NCBI GenBank assembly: GCA_913050175.1
Contig: CAJXAF010000002.1
Span: 185 to 64,184 of the forward strand
Direction of reading: 5' to 3'
Length of the DNA: 64,000 nucleotides
DNA from: an uncultured bacterium
Lineage (GTDB): Bacteria; Omnitrophota; Gorgyraeia; Duberdicusellales; 4484-171
The notes under the pieces are model-generated. The model did no database searches and was not told where the DNA came from. It was given only the letters and a program-made list of their open reading frames with translations. Made by a program: the position numbers and the translations under genes. Of the stretch, positions 30,674 to 40,761 are shown one piece after another (positions within the stretch are counted from its first letter, which is position 1; each line of letters begins with the position of its first letter).

Positions 30674-33600
30674 TTATTTTTTAAGCAGTTCTTTTTCTTT
30701 TTTGTCTTTGTCTTTTGGTTTATCTTTGATCTTGTCTTTCTCGGCTCGGACATCAAGACATAGGCCTTGCAACTCTTTTACTAAAACATTAAATGACTCA
30801 GGAACTGAAGGTTGAAATTTCTGCTCTCCCCGAACAATTGCCTCATAAATCCTTGTCCTTCCTTCAACATCATCACTCTTAACAGTAAGCATCTCCTGTA
30901 AGGTAAAAGCTGCTCCATAGGCTTCCAGAGCCCAAACTTCCATCTCTCCAAATCGCTGTCCGCCAAACTGAGCTTTACCACCCAGAGGTTGCTGGGTTAT
31001 AAGCGAATAAGGCCCTATGGCTCGAGCATGAATCTTATCATCAATCATGTGTACTAATTTCATAATATACATATAGCCTACACCAGCTTGCTGGCCAAAA
31101 GACTTACCAGTGTAACCATCGTAGAGAGTAACTTTTCCGTTTTCCGGTAAATTAGCTTCTCTTAATAATTTTTTAATATCCTCTTCCTTAGCGCCGTCAA
31201 AAACCGGCGAATATGTGCGCAAACCTAATTTCTTAGCAGCCCAACCAAGGTGCATTTCCATTAATTGGCCGACATTCATTCGCGAAGGAACGCCTAAAGG
31301 ATTAAGAATGATATCAACGGTTGAGCCATCTTCAAGATAAGGCATGTCCTCTTCCGGCAAAATCTTTGATATAACTCCTTTGTTTCCATGTCTACCGGAA
31401 AGCTTATCTCCAGCGGAGATTTTACGTTTCATGGCTACAAATGCAACCACTTTCTTTAAAACGCCGGCTTTTAACTCGTCACCTTTTTTTATCTTTGCCA
31501 ACTCTAACTCTTTATCAATAGCCAGAGAGTTTAAGCGTTCGTCATAAATATTTCGGATCGCTCTTAATTCTTCGTTGTTTTCATATTCAGCAGCTGTTAT
31601 CTTCTTTTTTTCTTTACCGGTAATTGCAGTCATACGTTTTTTGCATTCAGTTTCAAGTAGCTGACGCTCTTCCTCATAATACTGCTCAATCTCCTGCATT
31701 CGACGAAGCTCTTCAGTCTTCTCTTTTTTAGAGCGTCTTCCTTTATCCTTTCTTTGAAAGACTTCAGCATTGATTACTACTCCGTGCACACCGGGAGGAA
31801 CGCGTAGTGAGGTATCCTTAACATCAGCTGCCTTTTCACCGAATATTGCCCGGAGTAACCTTTCTTCGGGAGATAGTTCTTTCTCGCTTTTCGGAGTAAC
31901 TCTACCGACTAAAATATCATCAGGACCGACCTCAGCTCCAATTCTAATTATTCCACCATCATCCAAATTACTTAAGGCTTCCTCACTGACATTAGGTATG
32001 TCTCTAGTTACTTCCTCATTACCAAGTCTGGTTTCTCTAGCTTCAAGATCAAACTTTTCCACATGAACAGAGGTTAATATATCATCCTTTACCAGGCGTT
32101 CATTTATAATTATTGCATCTTCAAAGTTATAGCCTCTCCAAGGCAAGAAAGCTACGAGTAAATTAGTACCTAAGGCTAATTCCCCACCCCTAGTTGCCAT
32201 TCCATCAGCTAAAATTGTACCTTTCTTTACTTCATCGCCCTTTTTAACCAAAGGCCTCTGGTTGACACAAGTATCAGCATTGGAACGGTAAAATTTCTTC
32301 AACTTATAAGAGTAGTTATCCACCTTAACAGTTGAACCGTCAATCTCAGTAACTTTACCTGACTCTTTAGCAACAACCATGATAACGCTGTCTCGGGCAA
32401 CCTTTTCTTCAATTCCTGTTCCTACTAATGGTTCTTGAGGGAAGAGAAGAGGTACTGATTGGCGCTGCATGTTAGAACCCATAAGAGCCCGGTTTGCATC
32501 ATCATGCTCTAAGAAAGGTATCAAAGAAGCTGAAACTGAAATTATCTGCTGAGGAGAAATATCCATGTATTCTAGTTTTCGTGGTTTTATTTTGGGGAAT
32601 TTGCCTTTATAGCGGGCATATATTTCTTTATCCTTAATTTTACCATCGGGATCAATGTTGGCAGTCACCTGGGCGATAACTCTATTTTCTTCCTCATCTC
32701 CCATTAAAAAATCTATTTTATCTAAAACCTTACCATCCTCTACTTTTCTATAGGGAGTAGTTAAAAAACCCAAGGGGTTGATTTTTGAGTAGGTAGTTAA
32801 AGAAGACAATAAGCCTATGTTTGCACCTTCCGGCGTCTCAATCGGACAGATCTTTCCGTAGTGTGTAGGATGCACATCCCTAACTTCAAAACCAGCTCTT
32901 TCCCGGGAAAGACCTCCCGGACCCATTGCTGACAGCCTACGTTTATGGGTAATTTCTGCTAAAGGGTTTGTCTGGTCCATAAATTGAGAAAGAGGTGATC
33001 GTCCGAAAAAATCTTGAATTTGAGTTGAGAAGGCGCGGGAATTTATTAGGTGTTGAATTGAAAAATCATTGGAAGAAATCAATGAATAGCGCTCCATAAA
33101 CGTCCGTTCAACTCTTAATAAGCCAATACGAACTTGGTGCTGGAGTAACTCACCAATAAGTTTGACTCTTCTATTAGCTAGATGGTCAATGTCATCGATA
33201 TCCCGCTTTCCAGCTTTAATATGTAGCAAAGTTTTTATAATCTCAATCACTGTAGTCAAATCAAGGGTCCGCTTACTTAAAGCAAACTCCATGTTTAACT
33301 TCTTATTTATTAGATACCTGCCGACTTTACCTAAGTCATATCTGCGGCCATCAAGAAACATCCTTCGAAAGACCTCTTTAGCTGCTTCCAAAGTTATTGG
33401 CTCAGTAGGACGCATCTTTTTATAAAAATCTAAATAAGCTTCTTCAGCGCTACTAGCAGAATCCTTCTTTGCAGTATTAATTATCTCTGGATAGGGCTTG
33501 TCAGAAAAGTGATTGTATATATCGTCATTACTGGAAAGGCCCAGTATTCTTAAGATCTGAGTAGCAGGAAATGTTTTACGCCGGTCAATGATAGCGGTAA

Positions 33601-34141
33601 GTGTATCGTTAATATCAGTTCTAAATTCAAGCCAATAGCCTCGATAGGGTATTATCCGGGCAAAATAAAGACGTTTGCCGGTTGGGTGAGCTTCCTCCTC
33701 AAAAAATACTCCCGGAGAACGCTGAAGCTGGCTAATTACTGATCTCTCATCACCATTTATAACGAAAGCGGCCCCATCAGTCATTAAAGGCAGATCGCCA
33801 AGGTAAATTTCCTGTTCCTTTATATCATGAGCCGGTCCGGATAAACGTAAACGTACATGTAAAGGAGCAGCGTAAGTCTGAGATCGCCTTTTGCATTCAT
33901 CAACACTATATCGCGGTCGGCTTAAATTATAAGAAATAAATTCTAAGCGATATTCCTTATCCGGGCTTTCCATAGGAAAGACTTCCTGCATAATTTCCTG
34001 CAGACCTATAGCCTTTCTCTTCTCAGGTAAGATATCCAACTGCAAAAATTCTTTAAATGAGCGTAGTTGATGCTCAAGAAAATTTGGCATGTTGACTGAC
34101 TTTTTTATTTTGGCAAAGGATAACTTTTTAAGTTTTCCCAA
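30674..34141 (-). CDS. rpoB: RNA polymerase beta subunit
   Basis: LSQFMDQTNPL, GDKLSGRHGNKG, GGQRFGEME. Confidence 0.99.
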   Translation of the reverse strand: MGKLKKLSFAKIKKSVNMPNFLEHQLRSFKEFLQLDILPEKRKAIGLQEIMQEVFPMESPDKEYRLEFISYNLSRPRYSVDECKRRSQTYAAPLHVRLRLSGPAHDIKEQEIYLGDLPLMTDGAAFVINGDERSVISQLQRSPGVFFEEEAHPTGKRLYFARIIPYRGYWLEFRTDINDTLTAIIDRRKTFPATQILRILGLSSNDDIYNHFSDKPYPEIINTAKKDSASSAEEAYLDFYKKMRPTEPITLEAAKEVFRRMFLDGRRYDLGKVGRYLINKKLNMEFALSKRTLDLTTVIEIIKTLLHIKAGKRDIDDIDHLANRRVKLIGELLQHQVRIGLLRVERTFMERYSLISSNDFSIQHLINSRAFSTQIQDFFGRSPLSQFMDQTNPLAEITHKRRLSAMGPGGLSRERAGFEVRDVHPTHYGKICPIETPEGANIGLLSSLTTYSKINPLGFLTTPYRKVEDGKVLDKIDFLMGDEEENRVIAQVTANIDPDGKIKDKEIYARYKGKFPKIKPRKLEYMDISPQQIISVSASLIPFLEHDDANRALMGSNMQRQSVPLLFPQEPLVGTGIEEKVARDSVIMVVAKESGKVTEIDGSTVKVDNYSYKLKKFYRSNADTCVNQRPLVKKGDEVKKGTILADGMATRGGELALGTNLLVAFLPWRGYNFEDAIIINERLVKDDILTSVHVEKFDLEARETRLGNEEVTRDIPNVSEEALSNLDDGGIIRIGAEVGPDDILVGRVTPKSEKELSPEERLLRAIFGEKAADVKDTSLRVPPGVHGVVINAEVFQRKDKGRRSKKEKTEELRRMQEIEQYYEEERQLLETECKKRMTAITGKEKKKITAAEYENNEELRAIRNIYDERLNSLAIDKELELAKIKKGDELKAGVLKKVVAFVAMKRKISAGDKLSGRHGNKGVISKILPEEDMPYLEDGSTVDIILNPLGVPSRMNVGQLMEMHLGWAAKKLGLRTYSPVFDGAKEEDIKKLLREANLPENGKVTLYDGYTGKSFGQQAGVGYMYIMKLVHMIDDKIHARAIGPYSLITQQPLGGKAQFGGQRFGEMEVWALEAYGAAFTLQEMLTVKSDDVEGRTRIYEAIVRGEQKFQPSVPESFNVLVKELQGLCLDVRAEKDKIKDKPKDKDKKEKELLKK

Positions 34142-34205
34142 ATTGTCCTCCTCTTTATTAAGGATTAATAGCTAAGAATTGACAAACGTAAAATTGTACT
34201 TAAAA

Positions 34206-34580
34206 TTATTTTAATTCGGCAGTTCCGCCAGCTGTTTCAATCTTCTTCTTAATCTCCTCAGCTTCTTCCTTAGAAACATTCTCTTTAACTGGTTTAGGAG
34301 CAGAGTCAACCAACCCTTTGGCTTCTTTTAGGCCTAACTCGGTAATTGCTCTAATTTCTTTAATTACGGCAATTTTATTTGCACCGGCTCCGGTTAAAAC
34401 AACACTAAAAGAAGTTTTTTCTTCCTCTTCCTCAGCGGCTGCACCCGGGGCTGCAGCTACAGCAACGGCTGGAGCACTTGCACTGACTCCAAATTTGTCT
34501 TCACAAGCTTTTACCACTTCAGAAAGTTCAAGAACTGTCATTTCTTCCAGTATCTTAATCATATCTTCTACCTTTGACAT
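34206..34580 (-). CDS. rplL: 50S ribosomal protein L7/L12
   Basis: [23 protein letters not shown]. Confidence 0.98.
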   Translation of the reverse strand: MSKVEDMIKILEEMTVLELSEVVKACEDKFGVSASAPAVAVAAAPGAAAEEEEEKTSFSVVLTGAGANKIAVIKEIRAITELGLKEAKGLVDSAPKPVKENVSKEEAEEIKKKIETAGGTAELK

Positions 34581-34599
34581 AACGACCTCCTCATAATTC

Positions 34600-35145
34600 T
34601 TATTTAGTTTCTTTTACCTTTTTGATCTCTTCAACCACCCAAACAAACTTACAGATTATCTGATTTAGCGCAGATAAAAAACCGGTTAAAGGTGAAGAGA
34701 TAGCAGATAAAGCCGTGCCCAAAAGAACCTCCCGAGAAGGAAGCTTAGCAAGTGCGATTAACTCTTTAGCGCCGACTTTCTTATCTTTAATGACACCACC
34801 TTTTAACTTTAAGCTCTCAAACTCCTTAGAAAAATCAACCAAAGTCTTAGCTGGCTTAACAACATCCTCGTCATAAACCAAAACCAGGGCTGTTTCTGCT
34901 TCAAGAAGGTTGTCAAAATCTTCCCACCCTATTTCACTTAAGGCTTTCAAAAAAAGAGAGTTTTTGGTTATAAAGACTTTTGTATTGGAAGCAGCTAAAT
35001 CATTGCGTAGAACGTTAAAGGGATATGCCGGAAGTTTGTTGAAAGAAATAAAATAGCAAGCTTGGGCTTCTTGAGCTCTCTCTTTAATTTCAGAGATTAT
35101 CTTTTCCCGTGTCATTAATCCAACTTTTTTAGTCTGAGTATTCAT
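34600..35145 (-). CDS. rplJ: 50S ribosomal protein L10
   Basis: [14 protein letters not shown]; synteny between rplA and rplL. Confidence 0.93.
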   Translation of the reverse strand: MNTQTKKVGLMTREKIISEIKERAQEAQACYFISFNKLPAYPFNVLRNDLAASNTKVFITKNSLFLKALSEIGWEDFDNLLEAETALVLVYDEDVVKPAKTLVDFSKEFESLKLKGGVIKDKKVGAKELIALAKLPSREVLLGTALSAISSPLTGFLSALNQIICKFVWVVEEIKKVKETK

Positions 35146-35163
35146 AAGTTTAAATATTTTACT

Positions 35164-35844
35164 TTAGAGCGCAATTCTAACTGATGGGCTCATTGTGGTT
35201 GATAAATAAAAACTTTTAATATAGTCACCCTTTATTGATTGAGGTTTAGAATTCTCCAAGGCCTCAAGGAAGGCTGTTAAATTGCCTAAAATGTCCTCTT
35301 TGCTAAAAGAAATCTTTCCCAGGCCGAGATGGAGGCAACTCAATTTATCCATACGAAAATCAACCTTTCCTCGCTTTGCTTCTTTAATGGCATGGGCTAT
35401 GTTTTCAGTTACAGTCCCTGTTTTAGGTGAAGGCATAAGGCCTCTTGGTCCGAGGAACTTTCCCAATTTACTCACTAATCGCATTTGCTCAGGGGTTGAG
35501 ATACAACAATCAAAATCAAGCCAACCTTCTTTTAAAATTTTATCAATAACATCCTGGGAACCGATATGATCTGCGCCGGCCTCCTTAGCTTCTTTTTCCT
35601 TTTCCGGTTCGCAAAAAACTAAGACTCTAACAGTTTTTCCAGTTCCGGCAGGTAAGACTACTGACCCCCTAACTAATTGATCAGATTGTTTTGGATCGGC
35701 ACCTAATTTACTGCTTACCTCAATGGTTTCGTCGAATTTTGCTTTTGGTAAAGATTTTAAAACGTCAACAGCCTCAGTGAGAGGATAAGCCTTGTCAAAA
35801 TCAACTTTTTTTAACGCTTCCTTATATCTTTTACTTGGACTCAT
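35164..35844 (-). CDS. rplA: 50S ribosomal protein L1
   Basis: KFDETIE, LGPRGLMPSPKTGTVT, STTM.P. Confidence 0.97.
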   Translation of the reverse strand: MSPSKRYKEALKKVDFDKAYPLTEAVDVLKSLPKAKFDETIEVSSKLGADPKQSDQLVRGSVVLPAGTGKTVRVLVFCEPEKEKEAKEAGADHIGSQDVIDKILKEGWLDFDCCISTPEQMRLVSKLGKFLGPRGLMPSPKTGTVTENIAHAIKEAKRGKVDFRMDKLSCLHLGLGKISFSKEDILGNLTAFLEALENSKPQSIKGDYIKSFYLSTTMSPSVRIAL

Positions 35845-35853
35845 GAATACACC

Positions 35854-36294
35854 TTATCCTTCTATAATTTTAATACCGCAACTTCGAGCTGTTCCCTCAA
35901 CTACTTTCATTGCCTGCTCTACATCGTTAGTATTTAAATCTTGCAGTTTCTCCTTGGCGATCTCTTTTACTGCTGATTTTGTTACCTCACCAATTATATC
36001 TTTTCCGGGAGTAGAACTGGCCTTAGCCAAGTTTGCTGCTCTTTTAAGAAGAAAAGAAACCGGGGGGCTCTTAACAATGAAATCAAAAGACTTATCTTCA
36101 TAAACGTTAATAACAACTGGGAGGACAATACCTTCTTTCTGTTTTGTGGCATCATTGAAAGCTTTAACAAACTGCATAATCGGCACACCATGCTGACCTA
36201 AAGCTGGGCCAACCGGCGGTGCCGCAGTTGCGCTCCCGGCCGATATCTGAAGCTTGATCTGGGTTACTGGTTTCTTTTTTTTCTTTTTCGCCAT
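35854..36294 (-). CDS. rplK: 50S ribosomal protein L11
   Basis: [21 protein letters not shown]. Confidence 0.98.
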   Translation of the reverse strand: MAKKKKKKPVTQIKLQISAGSATAAPPVGPALGQHGVPIMQFVKAFNDATKQKEGIVLPVVINVYEDKSFDFIVKSPPVSFLLKRAANLAKASSTPGKDIIGEVTKSAVKEIAKEKLQDLNTNDVEQAMKVVEGTARSCGIKIIEG

Positions 36295-36316
36295 TTTTCT
36301 ATCCTTTAATTTGAAA

Positions 36317-36844
36317 TTAAATCTTTTCTACTTGCCAAAACTCCAACTCGACCGGAGTAGTTCTGCCAAAGATTGAAACACTAACTTTTAATTTACCTTT
36401 ATCAAGGGATACGTCATCAACTGTTCCATTAAAATTAATGAATGGCCCTTCGATAACTCTAATATTTTCTCCCTTTTCAAAACTAACCTTTGGCGCTGGC
36501 TTAGCCTTGCTCTCATCAGCCTTAGAGATAATTCTATCTACTTCCTCTTGAGCAATTGGTGATGGTTTTCGTCTTGGGCCGATAAAAGCTGTAATCCCTG
36601 GTGTCTTACGCACAAAGAGCCAGGTATCATCATTCATCTCCATATGGATTAAGATATAGCCTGGGAAAAATTTTCTTTCAAGCACTCTCTTTTTACCAAG
36701 TTTTACCTCAGTAATCTGCTCTTTGGGAATGATAACATCATCAATTAAATCTTGCTGATTGTGAGCTTTTATCCTGGAATCAAGATTATTCTTTGTCTTG
36801 TCCTCGGCCCCGCTAAGAGTGTGCAGTATATACCACTGTTTCAT
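36317..36844 (-). CDS. nusG: Transcription termination/antitermination factor NusG
   Basis: WYILHT.SG.E, FFPGY, KOW GPF..F.G, IFGR.TPVEL. Confidence 0.97.
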   Translation of the reverse strand: MKQWYILHTLSGAEDKTKNNLDSRIKAHNQQDLIDDVIIPKEQITEVKLGKKRVLERKFFPGYILIHMEMNDDTWLFVRKTPGITAFIGPRRKPSPIAQEEVDRIISKADESKAKPAPKVSFEKGENIRVIEGPFINFNGTVDDVSLDKGKLKVSVSIFGRTTPVELEFWQVEKI

Positions 36845-37035
36845 TTTAAAATAAATTGGATAGCTCTTGATAAACCTAAGTCAACCACAAAAATGTAGCA
36901 AGTGATTAAAACCGAGGCAATCACAACTATGACTCCGGCTGAAATCAGTTCCTGACGTGTAGACCAATTTACCTTCTTAAGCTCTTCTCTTACTTCCTTT
37001 AAAAAAACAGGAAGACGTTTAATTTTTTTAATCAT
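36841..37035 (-). CDS. secE: Preprotein translocase SecE
   Basis: FLKEVREELKKVNWS plus one TM helix; synteny. Confidence 0.93.
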   Translation of the reverse strand: MIKKIKRLPVFLKEVREELKKVNWSTRQELISAGVIVVIASVLITCYIFVVDLGLSRAIQFILK

Positions 37036-37091
37036 TATTTAATTTAAAGAATTATTATGAAAAATGCTCTTATTAAAACAAATCTCTTCAA

Positions 37092-37165
37092 CAGGCGAGG
37101 CAGGAGTTGAACCTGCAACCCCCGGTTTTGGAGACCGGTGCTCTAGCCAATTGAGCTACTCGCCT
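37092..37165 (-). tRNA. tRNA-Trp(CCA), 3' CCA not encoded
   Basis: AGGCGAG acceptor stem, CCGGT-CTCCAAA-ACCGG anticodon arm, GGTTCAACTCC T arm. Confidence 0.95.
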
Positions 37166-37207
37166 AAAATTAATTTTAGGCTTAGGAACGATTACCAAAG
37201 AACTTAA

Positions 37208-37360
37208 TCAGGGCTTAGCTTCCTTATGATCTATATGCTTACGATCAAAACGACAATACTTATTTAGAGTAAGCTTTTCCGGATGTTTACGCTTATTCTT
37301 AGTAATGTAATAGTTTTTTCGCTTACAATTTGTGCAGGATAACGCAATTAATTCTCGCAT
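37208..37360 (-). CDS. rpmG: 50S ribosomal protein L33 (50 aa, not in ORF track)
   Basis: Manual translation MRELIALSCTNCKRKNYYITKNKRKHPEKLTLNKYCRFDRKHIDHKEAKP*. Confidence 0.95.
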   Translation of the reverse strand: MRELIALSCTNCKRKNYYITKNKRKHPEKLTLNKYCRFDRKHIDHKEAKP

Positions 37361-37442
37361 AATGACTTAGGTAAAAAAAATAGAAAAGAGGGTAAAACTC
37401 ACCCTTTTCCACATCGTGGTACTTATTATATACCTCTTATAA

Positions 37443-37515
<73 letters not shown>

Positions 37516-37553
37516 TTTCTCCCTGATTTTAAAGGGAAAAAGTTGACCATACG

Positions 37554-37581
37554 ATGATACTATAAAAGTTTTTTTTGTCAA
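37554..37581 (-). promoter_or_regulatory. Sigma70 promoter heading the tRNA-Thr/ribosomal supercluster
   Basis: Minus strand TTGACA-N16-TATCAT with an A/T-tract (UP-element-like) region upstream. Confidence 0.65.
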
Positions 37582-37699
37582 GAAAAAAAGAAAAATTTAT
37601 TGGCTGGTAAAAAATATGGCTTTTTTAGCCTTTTTTGAAAAAATGCTCAAAAAAGCAAATTTATTAAAGAAGAGGTATTTATCCTAAAAATGGCTAAAA

Positions 37700-39706
37700 T
37701 CACTTAATTAGCTTTAAAAACTCATCTTCGTAAACAATTCTTACCCCTAGCGCTTTAGCTTTACTAAATTTTGACCCGGGGTTTTTACCAACAACTACAA
37801 AATCAGTATTTTTGCTGACTGTAGAAACTACCTTGGCTCCCTTCTTTTGAATTATTTCCTTTGCCTGATTGCGAGCGATAGAGTTTAGTTCACCGGTAAA
37901 AATAAAAGTTAAGCCGCTAAATGAATTATCTAGGAGTGGTTTATTTAATTCTTTAGTGCTAATACCTAACTTCTTTAAGAGATTAATCATCTTCTTAGTT
38001 TGAGGTTGAGCAAAGTAATTTACAATTGATAAAGCCATGGTAGGCCCAATTTCAGAAATAGCCGTTAAGTCCTCTTCCTTTAATAAAAGAAGCTTATCAA
38101 TGTTTTTAAAATTATCGGCTAAAAGCATAGCTGCTTTCTCGCCTACATGTCGTATGCCTAAGCCATATAATAATCGCGAAAGAGATCTTTGTTTACTCCC
38201 AATAATAGCCTGAATTAAATTATTTGCTCTTTTTTCTTTAAAGAGCGGTAAGCTCAGTAAATCCTCTTTTTTAAGTAGGTATATATCGGCTAAAGTTTTT
38301 ATAATCTTGCGGTCAACTAACTCGGCAACCACGCTTTCTCCCATGCCTTCAATATCTAAGGCGTTACGCGATATAAAATGCAGAACTGATTTTTTAAGTT
38401 GAGCCGGACAATCAGGGTTAAGACAGTAGAGATAAACCTCGACTTGGGCTTCTTTGGCAACTTTGCCAGAACACACAGGACACTTTGTCGGTATAAGCAC
38501 CTTCTTTTCCTTACCCTTTCTTTTTGAACTTATTACTTTTATAATTTTTGGTATAACCTCGCCAGCCCGTTCAATTAGAACAGTATCCTTGTTGCGGATA
38601 TCCAATCTTTGAATCTCATCAAAATTATGCAGAGTAGCCCTTGATATAGTGACGCCACCGCACTCGATTGGCTCTAATATTGCAACCGGTGTAATAATTC
38701 CGGTTCTGCCTACGCCAAATTCTATTTTAGCAATTTTTGTTGTTGCCTGATGCGCCGGGAATTTATAAGCTACTGCCCAACGGGGTGATTTCATGGTTGA
38801 ACCTAATTGGCGGCGCAAAGAAAAGCTATTAACTTTTACCACTATTCCATCAACTTCGTAGTCTAAAGAATCCCGCTGTTTCTCCCACCGAAGACAGTAA
38901 TCAATAACTTGCTTAATGCTTTGACAATGCTTACTATTGAAATCAATTGGCAGGCCCCAAGTTGAAATTCTCTTAAGAAATTGTTTATGATTAGTGAAAT
39001 CAGCATCATCAACCCAACCATAGGAATGGACTAGACAACGCAGATGCCGCTTTGCTACTAGTTTTGAATCCAAAAGTTTTAAGGATCCACTAGTTGCATT
39101 TCGGGGATTAGCAAAAACTGTTTCCTTGGATTCTATTCGTTCTTTATTTATTTTCGCAAAATCTTTTTTTGACATAAAGACCTCTCCCCTGACTTCAAGT
39201 AGTTGAGGATAATTTTTACTTAAACGCAGAGGAATTGATTTAATAGTTTTTAAATTAGGAGTTACGTCCTCACCGGCCTGGCCATCGCCTCTGGTTGTTC
39301 CCAAAAGAAAAGCACCGTTTTTATAAGTTAAAGAGCAGCTTACTCCATCAATCTTCGGTTCAACCACATAATCCAGAGCAACTTCTCTTTTCAGCATCCG
39401 CTTTATTTTTTCTTCCCATTCTTTTAACTCTTGAATGGAATAAGTATTATCCAAAGATAACATTTTTTCCCTATGCTTAACTGTTTTAAAACCGCTGGAG
39501 ATGCCTTGGGCTACTCGCTGTGTCGGTGAATCGGGGGTAATCAGTTGGGGGTTATCTTTTTCCAAAAATTTGAGGTCTCGCAAGAGGTCGTCGTAGGCTT
39601 TATCAGAAATCTCAGGATCGCTAAGAACATAGTAGCAGTAATCAGCTTGCCGTATCTTTAATCTTAAGCTGGCAATTTCTTTTCCTACTTTATCAAGATT
39701 TTTCAT
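37700..39706 (-). CDS. ligA: NAD-dependent DNA ligase
   Basis: EPKIDG (KxDG), EVRGE, C4 Zn finger, HhH repeats, C-terminal BRCT. Confidence 0.98.
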   Translation of the reverse strand: MKNLDKVGKEIASLRLKIRQADYCYYVLSDPEISDKAYDDLLRDLKFLEKDNPQLITPDSPTQRVAQGISSGFKTVKHREKMLSLDNTYSIQELKEWEEKIKRMLKREVALDYVVEPKIDGVSCSLTYKNGAFLLGTTRGDGQAGEDVTPNLKTIKSIPLRLSKNYPQLLEVRGEVFMSKKDFAKINKERIESKETVFANPRNATSGSLKLLDSKLVAKRHLRCLVHSYGWVDDADFTNHKQFLKRISTWGLPIDFNSKHCQSIKQVIDYCLRWEKQRDSLDYEVDGIVVKVNSFSLRRQLGSTMKSPRWAVAYKFPAHQATTKIAKIEFGVGRTGIITPVAILEPIECGGVTISRATLHNFDEIQRLDIRNKDTVLIERAGEVIPKIIKVISSKRKGKEKKVLIPTKCPVCSGKVAKEAQVEVYLYCLNPDCPAQLKKSVLHFISRNALDIEGMGESVVAELVDRKIIKTLADIYLLKKEDLLSLPLFKEKRANNLIQAIIGSKQRSLSRLLYGLGIRHVGEKAAMLLADNFKNIDKLLLLKEEDLTAISEIGPTMALSIVNYFAQPQTKKMINLLKKLGISTKELNKPLLDNSFSGLTFIFTGELNSIARNQAKEIIQKKGAKVVSTVSKNTDFVVVGKNPGSKFSKAKALGVRIVYEDEFLKLIK

Positions 39707-39715
39707 AGTCTTAAA

Positions 39716-40441
39716 TCACCACCCCTCAAAAAGCCGGTTAGCAAGAATTGAAGGCAGACCCTTAGCGATTATATTATCAGCTGCTTCTTTGATATTATAC
39801 TCTAACCTTATAAATTTTACTATTGCTCTCTTGCTATCATAGACACAGAAAGATGACCGGTTATCCCGATCCCGTGGTTGACCAACGCTGCCAATATTTA
39901 TTATGTACTGTTTATCTTTATCAAGCCTAATAGCCTCAGTTCTCAAAACCTCAATTTTATTGTTAGAAAAACTAAATCCCCCAGCTCTATGGGTATGACC
40001 GATAAAGCATATTTGTCTATCTAGCAAAGAAAAGCTGGTTTCAGAATCAAAGGATGAGTGGATATAACAAAACTCTTGCGGTTTATAAAGACTACCGTGG
40101 ACACAAACAAAATTGCTTTCCTCATAAGATAAGCTAAAGGTTTCCAGATATGCAAAATCATCCCGGTCTAGTTGGTTTCTACTCCAAAGTAAAGCATCTC
40201 TGGCAAAAGCATTAAAATTACCTAAGCCAAACTTCGAAAGTGCACCCCACTCATGGTTACCGGCTATAAGAAAGGGTTTAAGGGTTTTGACAATTTTAAT
40301 ACACTCGGTGGGACTGCCCCCGTAACCAATAAGGTCACCAAGAAATATAAGCTTATCAATTTGTTCCTTATTTAAAAAGTTAACTACTGCCGCCAGGGCC
40401 GGAAGGTTTCCGTGGACATCGGAAAAAATACCATACTTCAT
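39716..40441 (-). CDS. Metallophosphoesterase (calcineurin-like)
   Basis: SDVHGN, GDLIGYG, GNHE, GHTH, NIGSVGQPRD. Confidence 0.88.
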   Translation of the reverse strand: MKYGIFSDVHGNLPALAAVVNFLNKEQIDKLIFLGDLIGYGGSPTECIKIVKTLKPFLIAGNHEWGALSKFGLGNFNAFARDALLWSRNQLDRDDFAYLETFSLSYEESNFVCVHGSLYKPQEFCYIHSSFDSETSFSLLDRQICFIGHTHRAGGFSFSNNKIEVLRTEAIRLDKDKQYIINIGSVGQPRDRDNRSSFCVYDSKRAIVKFIRLEYNIKEAADNIIAKGLPSILANRLFEGW

Positions 40442-40474
40442 AAATTAAAGTAAAAAATATAAAAAGCGCGCCTC

Positions 40475-40750
40475 TTAAAATCTTATCCCGAAACCAGTGT
40501 GTTCCTCATCGCACTTTACTTGGCTTTCATTAGATTCGCTAATACTTCTTTTAAACTCATTTCGTAAATCAATAAAAAAATTATCCACATCCTTATCGCT
40601 GCCAGAAGCTAAGAGTTCGACTCTGCCATCGGAAAGGTTTCTAACCCATCCTTTAACGCTATGTCTATTGGCAATCATCCTTGCTGTAAAACGAAAACCT
40701 ACTCCCTGGACAATACCGGAATAATAGGCATGAATAGTTTTATTTTTCAT
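40475..40750 (-). CDS. acyP: Acylphosphatase
   Basis: G.VQGVGFR, GWVRNLSDGRVE. Confidence 0.93.
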   Translation of the reverse strand: MKNKTIHAYYSGIVQGVGFRFTARMIANRHSVKGWVRNLSDGRVELLASGSDKDVDNFFIDLRNEFKRSISESNESQVKCDEEHTGFGIRF

Positions 40751-40761
40751 TTTAAATCAAT

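Noticed and set aside
32985-33015. RpoB rifampicin cluster variant FFGRSPLSQF (Gln to Pro)
   Set aside because: The other key residues (Q..F..D, H, R, S) are intact, so resistance cannot be inferred from the sequence alone
26693-34141. Inteins or introns in rpoB/rpoC
   Set aside because: Lengths are normal; the insertions match known lineage-specific RNAP inserts and lack intein C/S...HN motifs
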